NCBI GenBank assembly: GCA_963822965.1
Contig: CAWGJT010000005.1
Span: 96,001 to 160,000 of the forward strand
Source of the DNA: an uncultured delta proteobacterium
GTDB taxonomy: Bacteria; Myxococcota_A; UBA9160; UBA4427
DNA: 64,000 bases
Direction: 5' to 3'
Of the stretch, positions 44,329 to 56,321 are shown piece by piece. The position numbers and the translations under genes were made by a program. How positions within the stretch are numbered: position 1 is the first letter of the stretch; the number at the start of each line of letters is the position of its first letter. The notes beneath the pieces are model-generated. The model worked only from the letters and a program-made list of their open reading frames with translations. It was not told where the DNA came from and ran no database searches.

Positions 44329-45504
44329 TCAATCCTTGTAGTGCGGCATGCCCATGCCCGCCATGGCGATGATGTCGCGTTGGATCTCGTTGGTGCCGCC
44401 GCCGAAGGTGAGGATCAGCCCGTTCCGGTAGGAGGACTCGATCTTCCCCCGCAGCAGCGCGCCGGGGCTCCCGGCGGCGATGAGGCCCTGTGCTCCGAGC
44501 ACCTCGAGCAGGGCCCGGTAGGCCTCGATCTGGAACTCGCTCCCGTAGACCTTGATCGCCGAGGAGTCGGCCATGTGGGGCTGGCCCCGATCGGCGGCCC
44601 ACGCCTGCTTCCAGCACATCAGGCGCAGCGCCTGAAGCTTGGCGTGGACGCGCGCCAGGTTGTGCTGCACCCAGCCGACGTCGATCACCCGCGCGCCGTC
44701 CACGCGCGTCGAGCGCGCCCACTCGGTCACCGCCTCGAGATCGCGCCGCATGCGACCGACGGTCATCAGGGAGATGCGCTCGTGATTGAGCTGGCCGGTG
44801 ATGAGCCGCCAGCCGTTGTTCTCTCCTCCGATCAGGTTCTCGGCGGGGACGCGGACGGCGTCGTAGAAGGTGGCGTTCGTGGAGACGCCGCCGACCGTCC
44901 GGATCGCCTGCCGGGAGAAGCCCTTCGCATCCGTCGGGACGAGCAGGATGGAGAGACCGCGGTGCTTCTCCGCGTTCGGGTCGGTGCGCGCGGCGAGCCA
45001 GACGTAGTCGGCGTACTGGGCCAGGCTCGTCCACATCTTCTGCCCGTTGATCACCCACTCGTCCCCGTCGCGGACCGCCGTGGTCTGGAGCGAGGCCAGG
45101 TCGGTGCCGGCGCCCGGCTCGGAGTAGCCGATGGCGAAGAAGATCTCGCCCGCCAGGATGCGCGGGCAGAAGGTGCTCCTCTGCTCCGGGCTGCCATACT
45201 CGCGCAGCGTGGGTCCCACGGTGCTGAGCGTGAGGAAGGGAAGGGGGAAGCCGACCGCCTGCACCTCGTCGGCGAAGATGAACTGCTCGACGGCCGAGCG
45301 CTCCTGGCCGCCGTACTCCTTGGGCCAGGAGAGGCCGAGCAGACCGTCACGGCCCATCTGGCGCATGGCCTCGCGGAACTCGGGTCCGCCGCCCTCGAGG
45401 CCCGAGGACAGCTCCTGCGTGAGCCGGTCGGTCATCATCTCGGCGAAGTAGGCACGGCACTCGTCGCGGAAGCGACGCTCGGATTCGGTGAGCTCGAGCT
45501 CCAT
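44329..45504 (-). CDS. Acyl-CoA dehydrogenase, FadE26/FadE29-like
   Basis: FAIGYSEPGAGTDLASL, NGQKMWTS, LNHER and TFGGGTNEIQR motifs. Confidence 0.92.
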   Translation of the reverse strand: MELELTESERRFRDECRAYFAEMMTDRLTQELSSGLEGGGPEFREAMRQMGRDGLLGLSWPKEYGGQERSAVEQFIFADEVQAVGFPLPFLTLSTVGPTLREYGSPEQRSTFCPRILAGEIFFAIGYSEPGAGTDLASLQTTAVRDGDEWVINGQKMWTSLAQYADYVWLAARTDPNAEKHRGLSILLVPTDAKGFSRQAIRTVGGVSTNATFYDAVRVPAENLIGGENNGWRLITGQLNHERISLMTVGRMRRDLEAVTEWARSTRVDGARVIDVGWVQHNLARVHAKLQALRLMCWKQAWAADRGQPHMADSSAIKVYGSEFQIEAYRALLEVLGAQGLIAAGSPGALLRGKIESSYRNGLILTFGGGTNEIQRDIIAMAGMGMPHYKD

Positions 45505-45969
45505 CTAGGTATTGGCCTTCCAGTCGGCGACCAGGGTCTCGATGGTGACGTCCAGCACGAGCTTCCCGTCCTCGTCCACGATCTCGTAGAGCGAGCCGTC
45601 GTTCGTGTGGCAGCCGAAGAAGACCAGCCCGCCTTCCTCTCCGCCGCGCTCGAGGTGGGGATGGGGGTCGCCGAGGGAGAGGGCGTAGTCGCCCGCGTGG
45701 CGTACGCGGTGCTCGCCGCGGGTGCCGTCCGGGAGGACGTCCCAGAGGTGCTGCTCCCCCTCCAGCACGAGCACGCTGGTGGTGGCCACGTGGCGGTGGA
45801 GCGGGCAGTGGCCGCCGTCGCCGGCCCAGCGCACCACCATGTCGAGGGTGCCCGCGCGGACGTCGTGGCCGAGGATGGTGTAGTCGTGACGGACCTTGTA
45901 GGAGAGTCCGGGCTCCCCAACGACCTCTCGCCAGGCGTGGCGAGAGGGATCGAAGGCACTCCGGGGCAT
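45505..45969 (-). CDS. Cupin-domain protein
   Basis: HCPLHRH....LVLEGE and downstream H residues typical of cupin metal motifs. Confidence 0.65.
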   Translation of the reverse strand: MPRSAFDPSRHAWREVVGEPGLSYKVRHDYTILGHDVRAGTLDMVVRWAGDGGHCPLHRHVATTSVLVLEGEQHLWDVLPDGTRGEHRVRHAGDYALSLGDPHPHLERGGEEGGLVFFGCHTNDGSLYEIVDEDGKLVLDVTIETLVADWKANT

Positions 45970-46013
45970 GGCACTTCCTCCGTCGACGGCCGGCTGCGAG
46001 ACATCCCGCATCC

Positions 46014-47833
<1,820 letters not shown>

Positions 47834-47837
<4 letters not shown>

Positions 47838-48493
47838 CTTCTTCGCTCCGAGGGGGCGCGACGGAGCCCTTGGCGCACCAGTCGCAGGTATGCGTCGACG
47901 ACGGCTTCGTCCCCGGGGCCCTCGCCGCCTTCCAGCATGTTCTCGATGAAGTGGCGGGCGCCGAGCAGGAAGTGGGCCTGGGCCGACACCTCCTCGTCGT
48001 CCATGGGACGCAGACAGCCCGCCTCGATGCCCGCGCGGATGCGCCCGGCCATCCGCTCGACCCAGTCCGCGACTCCCTCGCGGTAGAGCTCCGGCTCGTG
48101 CAGCTTGATCTCGTCGGCCAGCCTCACGTGGGCCGGGTTGGCGCGGAGGTATTCGAGGTAGGCGAGCAGACCGGCGCGTTGGCGTTCGAAGAAGTCGGCG
48201 TGATCGTCGGCGTCGGCCGTGTGCAGACGCGTCATCAGATCGGCCATCAAGAGCTTCATCAGCTCGCGCAGCAGGTCGCGCCGCGAGCCGAAGTGGTAGT
48301 GGAGGTTCCCGACGGCCACGTCCGCCCGCGCGGCGATGCGCGCGACCGAGGTCTTGTGGAAGCCCGAGTGGCTGGCCTCGGCCAGCGCCGCCGCCAGGAT
48401 CCGCGCCCGCGTCTCGCGGGATTTGGCGTAGCGGGTCGGCTCTGCAGCCACGGAGGGCTGCGTCGACCGGCTCGAGGGGGCGCTCTCCGGCAT
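47834..48493 (-). CDS. TetR/AcrR family transcriptional regulator
   Basis: TRARILAAA..GF..TSVARIAARADVAVGNLHYHFGS helix-turn-helix. Confidence 0.9.
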
Positions 48494-48495
48494 GG

Positions 48496-48518
48496 CTGAA
48501 TATTGAATCAATTTTCAG
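48496..48518. promoter_or_regulatory. Palindromic TetR operator candidate
   Basis: AT-rich CTGAATATTGAATCAATTTTCAG, a near-perfect inverted repeat between divergent tetR and caiB. Confidence 0.75.
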
Positions 48519-48557
48519 TTTCTGGCAATCTGCACGGGGGGCCGGGAGGGATCGGAA

Positions 48558-50975
48558 TTGGAACTGGGAGACCTGGCCGGCGTTCGCGTCCTCGACTTCT
48601 CGGGCCAGATCGCCGGCCCCTACTGCTCGAAGCTCTTCGCGGACGCCGGTGCCTGCGTGGTGAAGGTGGAGCCGCCCGGCGGCGACCCGCTGCGCCGCGC
48701 GACGGCGCCGGGCGCCGCCCCGGACCGCGCCGATTCCGCCCTCTTCACGTTCCTCAACGCGGGGAAGCAGTCGGTCGTCGGCGGCGTCGGCGACCCCCAG
48801 GTCGCTCGGCTGCTCGCCGAGGCCGACCTCGTGATCGAGGCCTACGGGCTCGAGACCGACGCCGGTGTGCGTCTCGACGTCGCGGCGCTGCGCGAGGCCC
48901 GTCCCGCGCTCGTCTTCCTCTCGATCACGCCCTACGGCACCGAGGGCCCCTGGGCCGGGCGCGTCGCCAACGAGTTCACGCTCCAGGCCGAGTCGGGGTC
49001 GATCGGCGTGCGCGCGCGGATGGGCGAGCAGCCCTTCCAGGCGGGCGGACGCATCGGGGAGTGGGCGGCGGGCGTCTACGGCGCGGTCGCGGCCCTGCCG
49101 GCGTTGCTGCGGGCCCGCGCAACCGGGCGCGGCGAGCACGTCGACCTCTCGATCCTCGAGGTCTCGAACTTCGTCTTCACCAACTGCTCGGAGACGATGA
49201 ACCGGCTGATGAACGGAAGCCCCGACGATCCCGAGCACGCCTTCCTGGCACCGACGCTGGAGACGCCCTCGATCGAGCCGACCGCCGACGGCTACGTCGG
49301 CTTCTGCACCAACTCGCGGCAGCAGTTCTCGGACTTCCTGCTCCTGATCGAGCGCCCGGATCTCCAGGCCGACGAGCAGCTCGCGCAGTTCGCGGGGCGC
49401 CTGATGCGCTTCGAGGAGTGGACGGAGATCATGCGGCCCTGGCTCTCGAGCCACGAGACCGCCGAGATCGTCCGGCTCGCGTCCCTGCTGCGGATCCCCG
49501 TCGCGCCGATCTGCAACGGCGAGACCGTGCTCGCCCACGAGCAGCTGGCCGAGCGGCGGGTGTTCGTCCCCGACGCCGAGGGGCGATTCCTCCAGCCGCG
49601 CCGCCCCTATCGCATCGACGGCGTCGATCCGCCGGCGCCGCTCCGGGCGCCGCGCCTGGGCGAGCACGCGCGGGTCGGCTTTCCGCCGCGCGACACCGCG
49701 GGGCGGCGCGCCCCCGATGGGGACGTCGGCGCGCTCCCGCTCGCCGGTCTGCGGATCCTCGATCTCACCGCCTGGTGGGCGGGGCCGTCGGCGACCCATC
49801 TGCTGGCCAGCTTCGGCGCCGAGGTGATCCACGTCGAGTCGGCGACGCGTCCCGACGGGCTGCGCATGGTCGGAGGCATGATGCGCGCCCACTATGCGCA
49901 GTGGTGGGACGCGAGCCCCCACTTCCTGCACGCGAACAGCAACAAGCAGGGCCTGACGCTCGACCTCTCGAAGCCCGAAGGCTTCCTCCTCCTCGAGAAG
50001 CTCATCGCGCGATGCGACGCAGTGGTGGAGAACTTCACGCCGCGGGTGCTCGACAACTTCGGACTCACCTGGGAGCGAGTGCAGGAGCTGAATCCGCGGG
50101 CCATCCTGCTGCGGATGCCCGCCTTCGGGCTCACCGGCCCGTGGCGCGACCACCCGGGCTTCGCGCAGACGATGGAGCAGCTCTCGGGGCTGGCCTGGAT
50201 CACGGGCCACGTGGACGATCAGCCCCGCATCCCGCGCGGCCCGTGCGATCCGGTCGCGGGAATGCACGCGGCGTTCGCGCTGCTCGTGGCGCTCGAGCGG
50301 CGCGCGCGCTCGGGCCGGGGGCATCTGATCGAGAGCACGATGGTGGAGAGCGCCCTCAACGTCGCGGCCGAGCAGGTGGTCGAGTGGACCGCCCGCGGAA
50401 CCCTGCTCGGGCGCGAGGGCAACCGCTCGCCGCTGGCAGCGCCCCAGGGTCTCTATCCCTGTGCCGACGGGGAGCGGCCGACCGAGCGCTGGCTCGCGCT
50501 CTCGATCGCGAGCGACGCGCAGTGGCTGGCGTTGCGAAGGGTGATCGGAGAGCCGGCCTGGGCGATGGACCCCGCGCTGGAGACGCGCGAAGGTCGGCGC
50601 GCGGCCCACGACGCGATCGACCTGCACCTTTCCGAGTGGACGAAGACGCGCTCGCGCGCGCCCCTCGTCGAGGAGCTGCGTGCACTCGGCATTCCCGGGT
50701 CCGAGGTGGCCGACACCAGCCGGATCCTCCAGTCGAACCCGCAGCTCCGCGCGCGCCGCTACTTCGAGACGCCCGCGCACCCCGTGGTCGGTGCGATGCC
50801 GCTGCCCTCGTTCCCCTTCCGTTACGAGAGCGTCGACCACTGGCTCCGGGAGCCCGCGCCGACCCTTGGACAGCACAACCAGCGCGTGCTCTGCGGCCTC
50901 CTCGGCCTGTCTCCGGAAGCGCTCGCCGATCTCGAGAAAGCGGGCGTGATCGGAACGCGTCCCGAAGGGCTCTGA
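48558..50975 (+). CDS. Double-domain CaiB/BaiF family III CoA-transferase (paralog of 36800-39166)
   Basis: Same two-unit architecture; shared [21 protein letters not shown] and RGPCDP motifs. Confidence 0.92.
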   Translation: MELGDLAGVRVLDFSGQIAGPYCSKLFADAGACVVKVEPPGGDPLRRATAPGAAPDRADSALFTFLNAGKQSVVGGVGDPQVARLLAEADLVIEAYGLETDAGVRLDVAALREARPALVFLSITPYGTEGPWAGRVANEFTLQAESGSIGVRARMGEQPFQAGGRIGEWAAGVYGAVAALPALLRARATGRGEHVDLSILEVSNFVFTNCSETMNRLMNGSPDDPEHAFLAPTLETPSIEPTADGYVGFCTNSRQQFSDFLLLIERPDLQADEQLAQFAGRLMRFEEWTEIMRPWLSSHETAEIVRLASLLRIPVAPICNGETVLAHEQLAERRVFVPDAEGRFLQPRRPYRIDGVDPPAPLRAPRLGEHARVGFPPRDTAGRRAPDGDVGALPLAGLRILDLTAWWAGPSATHLLASFGAEVIHVESATRPDGLRMVGGMMRAHYAQWWDASPHFLHANSNKQGLTLDLSKPEGFLLLEKLIARCDAVVENFTPRVLDNFGLTWERVQELNPRAILLRMPAFGLTGPWRDHPGFAQTMEQLSGLAWITGHVDDQPRIPRGPCDPVAGMHAAFALLVALERRARSGRGHLIESTMVESALNVAAEQVVEWTARGTLLGREGNRSPLAAPQGLYPCADGERPTERWLALSIASDAQWLALRRVIGEPAWAMDPALETREGRRAAHDAIDLHLSEWTKTRSRAPLVEELRALGIPGSEVADTSRILQSNPQLRARRYFETPAHPVVGAMPLPSFPFRYESVDHWLREPAPTLGQHNQRVLCGLLGLSPEALADLEKAGVIGTRPEGL

Positions 50976-50982
50976 GCCGGGC

Positions 50983-51408
50983 TCAGCGGGGCAGCGAGAT
51001 CAGCACGCTGCCCGTAGCGTGGTCGCCGAGCTCGTTGGCCGCGCGCACCGACACCTCGACGAGGCGCTCGTCGCCCTCTTCGCTCACGGAGAGCACCTCG
51101 CCGGTGAAGCGGAGCACCTTCTCGGGGATGGCCGGGGCGCCGAGACGCACCTTGATGTTCTTCACCACCGCCTCGGGACCGGCCCAGTCGGTGACGTAGC
51201 GGGACAGGTAGCCGTTGGTGGTGAGGATGTTCATGAACATGTGCGGGGAGCCCTTGGCACGGGCGTAGTCGGCGTCGTGGTGCACCGGCATGAAGTCGCG
51301 CGACGCGATGGCGCCGGCGACGATCACCGTGGAGGTGACGCGCAGATCGAAGACGGGCAGGGGGTCGCCGACCGAGATCTTCTCCGGAGACTTCTTCGCG
51401 GCGCTCAT
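50983..51408 (-). CDS. MaoC-like enoyl-CoA hydratase subunit (ChsH1-like)
   Basis: IVAGAIASRDFMPVHHD..FMNILTTNG..YVTDWAGP. Confidence 0.88.
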   Translation of the reverse strand: MSAAKKSPEKISVGDPLPVFDLRVTSTVIVAGAIASRDFMPVHHDADYARAKGSPHMFMNILTTNGYLSRYVTDWAGPEAVVKNIKVRLGAPAIPEKVLRFTGEVLSVSEEGDERLVEVSVRAANELGDHATGSVLISLPR

Positions 51409-51989
51409 CGGCTTCCCCCCGTCTTGCCGAGCTTCGAGAGATCGATGGTGCTCGGATCGAACTTGAGCACCCGGAAGAGCTGGCGTCCCACCACCTCGCC
51501 GTCGGGCGTCGTGTAGGTGGTGATCCAGGTGAGGAAGTAGCCCTTCCCCATGCCGGTGGTCTTCCGGTCGGAGATCGAGTCGACGGCGTTGCTCACGTGG
51601 AGCCGTTCGCCGGGGCGCACGTAGCGCACGAACTCGAGCTCGGAGTTGGTGGCCAGCGTCCCCACGTAGCCCGCCTCGTCGAGGGCGGCGATGGCATTGT
51701 CGTGCTGGAAGTCGGTCGGCGCGCCGCCGCGCTCGGCGATGCCCTCGATCTTCGGCCGCGGCATTCCCCAGGCCTGGAGCATGGCGGGCGGCGCGACGAT
51801 CCCGCCGTGGCGCGTCTTCGCGGCGAGCTCCTCATCGAGATAGACCGGGTTGCGGTCGTCGAGGGCATCCACCCAGTGGCGGATCATCGGCACGTTCACC
51901 GGGTCGGGAGCTTCCGAGGAGGGGCCCATCGGCTCTCCGACGTACTTCTCGAGTCTGGCGCGCAGCTCGTCCACATCCTGCTCGGCCAT
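51405..51989 (-). CDS. MaoC-like dehydratase (ChsH2 N-terminal-like)
   Basis: DPVNVPMIRHW...DRNPVY, APPAMLQAW.M and FRVLKF motifs. Confidence 0.85.
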   Translation of the reverse strand: MAEQDVDELRARLEKYVGEPMGPSSEAPDPVNVPMIRHWVDALDDRNPVYLDEELAAKTRHGGIVAPPAMLQAWGMPRPKIEGIAERGGAPTDFQHDNAIAALDEAGYVGTLATNSELEFVRYVRPGERLHVSNAVDSISDRKTTGMGKGYFLTWITTYTTPDGEVVGRQLFRVLKFDPSTIDLSKLGKTGGSR

Positions 51990-52134
51990 CGTCAGGTCTT
52001 CCTCACTCGTTCGGGCACCTTCGCACGTGAGGGTGCCGGGGCCGTCTCGGATAGCACACTCCCAGGCGTGCCCGGCGAGGGCTACCACGGGCCGTCCCGG
52101 CGTGCGGGAGGGGCCGGCGCCAGGGCGGATGTCC

Positions 52135-52190
52135 GAGCCGCTCAGCCGCTCTCGGGCGTGTAGCGCACCGGGATCGACTTGATGCCGTCG
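52135..52190. repeat. 56-bp direct repeat (att-like, right), overlapping the P450 3' end
   Basis: Matches 34083-34138. Confidence 0.85.
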
Positions 52191-53371
52191 ATGAAGTGGG
52201 AGCGCAGCATGCGGACGGGCCCGGCGAGCTCCATGTCGGGAAGCCGGCGCAGCAGCTCCTCGAACATCACCCGGATCTCCATGCGCGCCAGGTGCGAGCC
52301 GAGACAGAAGTGCTGCCCGTGGCCGAATGCCAGGTGCTCGTTCGGGTGGCGGGTCACGTCGAAGCGGTCGGGATCCGGAAAGGCGTCCTCGTCCCGGTTG
52401 GCGGACGGGTACCAGAGGGTCACCTTCTCCCCTTCCCGGATGCGCACGCCGCGGATCTCGGCGTCCCGCGTGGCCGTGCGCCGGAAGTACATGACCGGCG
52501 GCCGGTAGCGCAGCATCTCCTCCACGGCGCCGGCCAACCGCGAGGGATCGGCGAGCAGCCGCGCGCGCTCGGCGGGATGCTCGAGCAGCAGCAGCAGGCC
52601 GTGGGAGATGAGGTTGCGGGTGGTCTCGTTGCCGGCGATCGAGAGCAGCAGGAAGAACGAGCCGAACTCCAGCATGGCGAGGCGCTCGCCGTCGACCTCG
52701 CCCGTCATGAGCGCCGTCACCAGATCGCGCCCCGGGTCCGCGATCTTCTGCTGCCCCAGCTTGTACGCGTACTGCAACATCTCGAGCCCGGCCACCATGG
52801 CGTGGACGGGATCGTTCCCGTACTCGGGATCCTCGCTGCCCAGGGCGCGGTTGCTCCAGTCGAAGAGCTGGTGGCGGTCGTCCTGGGGAACGCCCAGCAG
52901 GTCGGCGATCACCTGCAGCGGGAGCTCCGCGGCCACGTCGGTCACGAAGTCGCACTCGCCCTTGGTGGCCACGGCGTCGACGATGGCGCGCACCCGGCTC
53001 CGGGTCGTCTGCTCGAGGCCCGCGACCGCGCCGGGCGTGAAGCCCCGGCTCACCAGCTTGCGGTAGCGCGGATGGTCCGGGGGATCCATCGTGATCATGC
53101 TGCGCAGGTTCTCGAGCTCGGCCCGGGGCCGGTCCTCGATCAGGTTGCCGAAGCGCGAGGCAAAGAGGCCCGGGCTCTTCGACACGAAGCGCACGTCGTC
53201 GTAGCGGGACACGATCCAGTAGCCCGGCCCGCCGTGGACGTCGCCCTCGTGCCAGCACACCGGCGCCTCCCGGCGCAGGCGACGGAAGAGCTCGTGGGGA
53301 AACCCGCGCTCGAAGGTGTCCGGGTCGGACACGTCGAGCAGGCCGGGAAGCGTCGGGCGTTCGGGAGTCAC
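52142..53371 (-). CDS. Cytochrome P450, CYP125/CYP142-like
   Basis: MDPPDH, AGNETTRN, EEMLR and FGHGQHFCLG heme motif. Confidence 0.93.
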   Translation of the reverse strand: MTPERPTLPGLLDVSDPDTFERGFPHELFRRLRREAPVCWHEGDVHGGPGYWIVSRYDDVRFVSKSPGLFASRFGNLIEDRPRAELENLRSMITMDPPDHPRYRKLVSRGFTPGAVAGLEQTTRSRVRAIVDAVATKGECDFVTDVAAELPLQVIADLLGVPQDDRHQLFDWSNRALGSEDPEYGNDPVHAMVAGLEMLQYAYKLGQQKIADPGRDLVTALMTGEVDGERLAMLEFGSFFLLLSIAGNETTRNLISHGLLLLLEHPAERARLLADPSRLAGAVEEMLRYRPPVMYFRRTATRDAEIRGVRIREGEKVTLWYPSANRDEDAFPDPDRFDVTRHPNEHLAFGHGQHFCLGSHLARMEIRVMFEELLRRLPDMELAGPVRMLRSHFIDGIKSIPVRYTPESG

Positions 53372-53505
53372 TCTGCACCTCCGGGCCGGGGAAGCTAGCA
53401 GGACCGAACGGAAGCGGGTCGGCTCGTGCCGCGCCCACCGACGTGCTTCCCTGCCCGACTCCCTTCGGGGCAGAGCGCCCGCAGCTCCGATTCGGAGCGA
53501 CGTCG

Positions 53506-53736
53506 TTGTACATTGAGCGGGTGATCGAGCTGGTGCCGCTCGCGCTCGTGTGTGTCTACTTCGTGCCCTTCATGGTCGCGGGCGCGCGAGATCACGACGC
53601 GTTCATCCCCATCCTCGTCGTCAACGCGCTGCTGGGCTGGACGGTCGTCGGCTGGCTCGCGTGCATGGTGTGGGCCGGGCTGAGCCCCGCGCGTCGCCGC
53701 ACCCCTCGCCCCACTCACCTTCGCCTCGTCCGCTAG
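53506..53736 (+). CDS. Superinfection immunity (T4 Imm-like) membrane protein
   Basis: YFVP..VA..R.H..I.VVN.LLGWTVVGW...VWA pattern; GGAG RBS before TTG. Confidence 0.75.
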   Translation: MYIERVIELVPLALVCVYFVPFMVAGARDHDAFIPILVVNALLGWTVVGWLACMVWAGLSPARRRTPRPTHLRLVR

Positions 53737-53822
53737 CCCCCCGCAGCGCCTCGTCCGCTGGCTCCGCGCAGGAAGAGCCGTCCGCGCACCGGAGGCGGTC
53801 CGCGGGCGCGTCAGCGCAGAAG

Positions 53823-55367
53823 TCAGCGCAGAAAGAGCCGGTACGCCTCGTTCTCCGTCTCGTTCACGTACGGGTACCCGAGCGTGTCGAGGTAGCGCGC
53901 GAAGTCCGCATCGTCCTCGATCGGGACGTGCAGGCCGGCGAGCACGCGTCCCTGGGCCGCCCCGTGGTTGCGGTAGTGGAAGAGCGTGATCGCCCAGGCG
54001 GGGCTCATCAGCTCCAGGAAGCGGCGCAGGGCGCCCGGGCGCTCGGGAAACTCGAAGCGGAAGAGCAGCTCGCGACGCAGGTCCGGAGCGCGGCCCCCCA
54101 CCATGTGGCGCGTGTGCAGCACCGCCAGCTCGTTGCCCGTCATGTCCACCACGCGGTATCCCGACGCCCGCAGCTCCCGCGCGATCTGCTCGCGCTCGGC
54201 CGCCCCCCGCGCGAGCTGCAGGCCCACGAAGACCTGGGCGGCGGCCCCGCCCGAGCCGCGATAGTTGAACTCGGTGACGTGGCGATCGCCCAGCGTCGCG
54301 CACAAGGCGCGGAAGCTGCCGTTCTCCTCAGGGATGGTCACCGCGAAGATTCCCTCGCGCTCCTCGCCCAGCTCGGAACGCTCCGAGACGTGCCGCAGCC
54401 GGTGGAAGTTCATGTTCGCGCCGCTCTGGACCGCCACCAGGGTTCGGGACCGGCCCGAGGACGCGCCCGCCGGGCCCGCCAGCCACTTCTTCATGCCCGC
54501 CACCGCCAGGGCCCCCGCCGGCTCGGCGATCACGCGCGTGTCCTCGAAGAGGTCCTGAATGGCAGCGCAGATCTCGTCCACCGAGACGCGGACGAGACCG
54601 TCGAGCCGGCCCTGCACCAGCTGGAACGGCAGGTCGCCCGCCTGGCGCACGGCGGCGCCGTCGCAGAAGATGCCCACCCGCGCCAGCGGGACGGGGCGCC
54701 CGGCCTCGAGCGCCGCGTGCAGGCACGCCGCGTCGTCGGGCTCGACGGCGATGACACGCGTCTCCGGACGCTCGTGCTTCAGCCACGCCAGCATGCCCGC
54801 CAGCAGTCCGCCGCCTCCCACCGGCACGAAGACCGCGTCGATGGGGTCCGGATGCTGGCGGAGGATCTCGGCGGCGACGGTGCCCTGTCCCGCAATCACG
54901 TCGAGGTCGTCGTAGGGGTGGACGAACGCGGCCCTCGTCTCCTCGCTCCGACGGCGGGCCTCGGCCCACGCCTCGTCGAAGCCGTCGCCGTGCAGCACCA
55001 CGTGGCCGCCCAGGGCGCGCACCGCCTGCACCTTGATCTCGGGCGTGGTCTTCGGCATCACGATGGTGGCGGCGTAGCCCAGCCGTGCGGCTGCCAGGGC
55101 GACGCCCTGGGCGTGGTTGCCCGCCGAGGCCGTCACCAGCCCGGCGCGCGCCGCCTCGGGATCCAGCGAGACGATCTTGTTGTAGGCGCCGCGCAGCTTG
55201 AACGAGAACACGGGCTGCAGGTCTTCCCGCTTGAGGAGCACCCGCTCGCCGAGCCGGTCCGAAAGCCGCGACGCCGGGTCGAGCGGGGTCTCACGACAGA
55301 CGTCGTAGACCCGGGCCCGCCGGATGCGGTCGGCGACACGCTCGATGGACGACTCCGAAGCTGCCAT
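53823..55367 (-). CDS. ilvA: Threonine ammonia-lyase, biosynthetic
   Basis: KREDLQPVFSFKLRGAYN, SAGNHAQGVA, SGANMNF and C-terminal ACT domains (FEFPERPGAL, FHYRNHG). Confidence 0.96.
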   Translation of the reverse strand: MAASESSIERVADRIRRARVYDVCRETPLDPASRLSDRLGERVLLKREDLQPVFSFKLRGAYNKIVSLDPEAARAGLVTASAGNHAQGVALAAARLGYAATIVMPKTTPEIKVQAVRALGGHVVLHGDGFDEAWAEARRRSEETRAAFVHPYDDLDVIAGQGTVAAEILRQHPDPIDAVFVPVGGGGLLAGMLAWLKHERPETRVIAVEPDDAACLHAALEAGRPVPLARVGIFCDGAAVRQAGDLPFQLVQGRLDGLVRVSVDEICAAIQDLFEDTRVIAEPAGALAVAGMKKWLAGPAGASSGRSRTLVAVQSGANMNFHRLRHVSERSELGEEREGIFAVTIPEENGSFRALCATLGDRHVTEFNYRGSGGAAAQVFVGLQLARGAAEREQIARELRASGYRVVDMTGNELAVLHTRHMVGGRAPDLRRELLFRFEFPERPGALRRFLELMSPAWAITLFHYRNHGAAQGRVLAGLHVPIEDDADFARYLDTLGYPYVNETENEAYRLFLR

Positions 55368-55478
55368 CGCACCACGCTAGCCCGGACCGAGCGCGGTGCG
55401 TGAACCGCCTGGGTGGGCCCGCCGGCTCGCGATATGCTGCCGGCCCCCGCACCGAACCCGTCGACGAGGAGCGAGCTC

Positions 55479-56321
55479 ATGTCCGACCTGCATCGCGACC
55501 GCGTGGCCCTGGTGACCGGAGGGGGCTCCGGCATCGGTCGCGCCTCCGCCCGCCGGCTTGCGGCCGAGGGCGCCCGGGTGGCCATCGCCGATCTCGACGG
55601 CGCCGCCGCCGAGCGGGTCGTCAAGGAGATCGCCGAAGCCGGCGGCGAGGCCTTCGCCTGCCGGGTCGACTGCGCCACGCCCGAAGGCAACGACGAGATG
55701 GTGCGCCGCACCCTCGATGCCTGGGGCGGCCTCGACGTCGCCTACCTCAACGCCGGAATCGCCCGGGGCTCCAGCATCCGAGGTGGCGACCTCGCCGTCT
55801 GGGACGAGGTCATCGCCGTGAACCTGCGCGGGGTCTTCCTCGGCATGCGCGCGGTGGTCGAGCCGATGATCGCCCGCGGCGGCGGCTCGATCGTCTGCAC
55901 CGCGTCCGTCGCCGGCCTGCGCGGAGGCCGCCACATGCCCTCCTACTACGCGTCGAAGCATGGCGTCGTGGGGCTCGTGAAGGCGGCGGCCTGCGAGTTC
56001 GCGCCGCTTCGCGTGCGCGTGAACGCCGTCTGCCCCGGCGTGATCGACACGCCGATCCTCGGACCCGCCCACGGCGTGAAGACGGTCACCGACCTGCTCG
56101 GCCGAGGTCACCTGCTGGGGCGCGTGGGGCAGCCCGAGGAGGTGGCCGCGCTCGTGTCGTTCCTGGCCAGCGACCAGGCGGGCTTCATCACGGGCGTCGC
56201 CTATCCCGTGGACGGGGGCATGACCGCCGGCCTCGGCGGCGCCAGCGACGAGGCGGACGACTCGCAGCGCGCGGCCCTGCACCAGACGCTCTCGTCCGGG
56301 GTGGCCAGGCGGAACGAGTGA
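55479..56321 (+). CDS. Short-chain dehydrogenase/reductase
   Basis: TGGGSGIG, NAG, YYASK and VDGG motifs. Confidence 0.92.
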   Translation: MSDLHRDRVALVTGGGSGIGRASARRLAAEGARVAIADLDGAAAERVVKEIAEAGGEAFACRVDCATPEGNDEMVRRTLDAWGGLDVAYLNAGIARGSSIRGGDLAVWDEVIAVNLRGVFLGMRAVVEPMIARGGGSIVCTASVAGLRGGRHMPSYYASKHGVVGLVKAAACEFAPLRVRVNAVCPGVIDTPILGPAHGVKTVTDLLGRGHLLGRVGQPEEVAALVSFLASDQAGFITGVAYPVDGGMTAGLGGASDEADDSQRAALHQTLSSGVARRNE

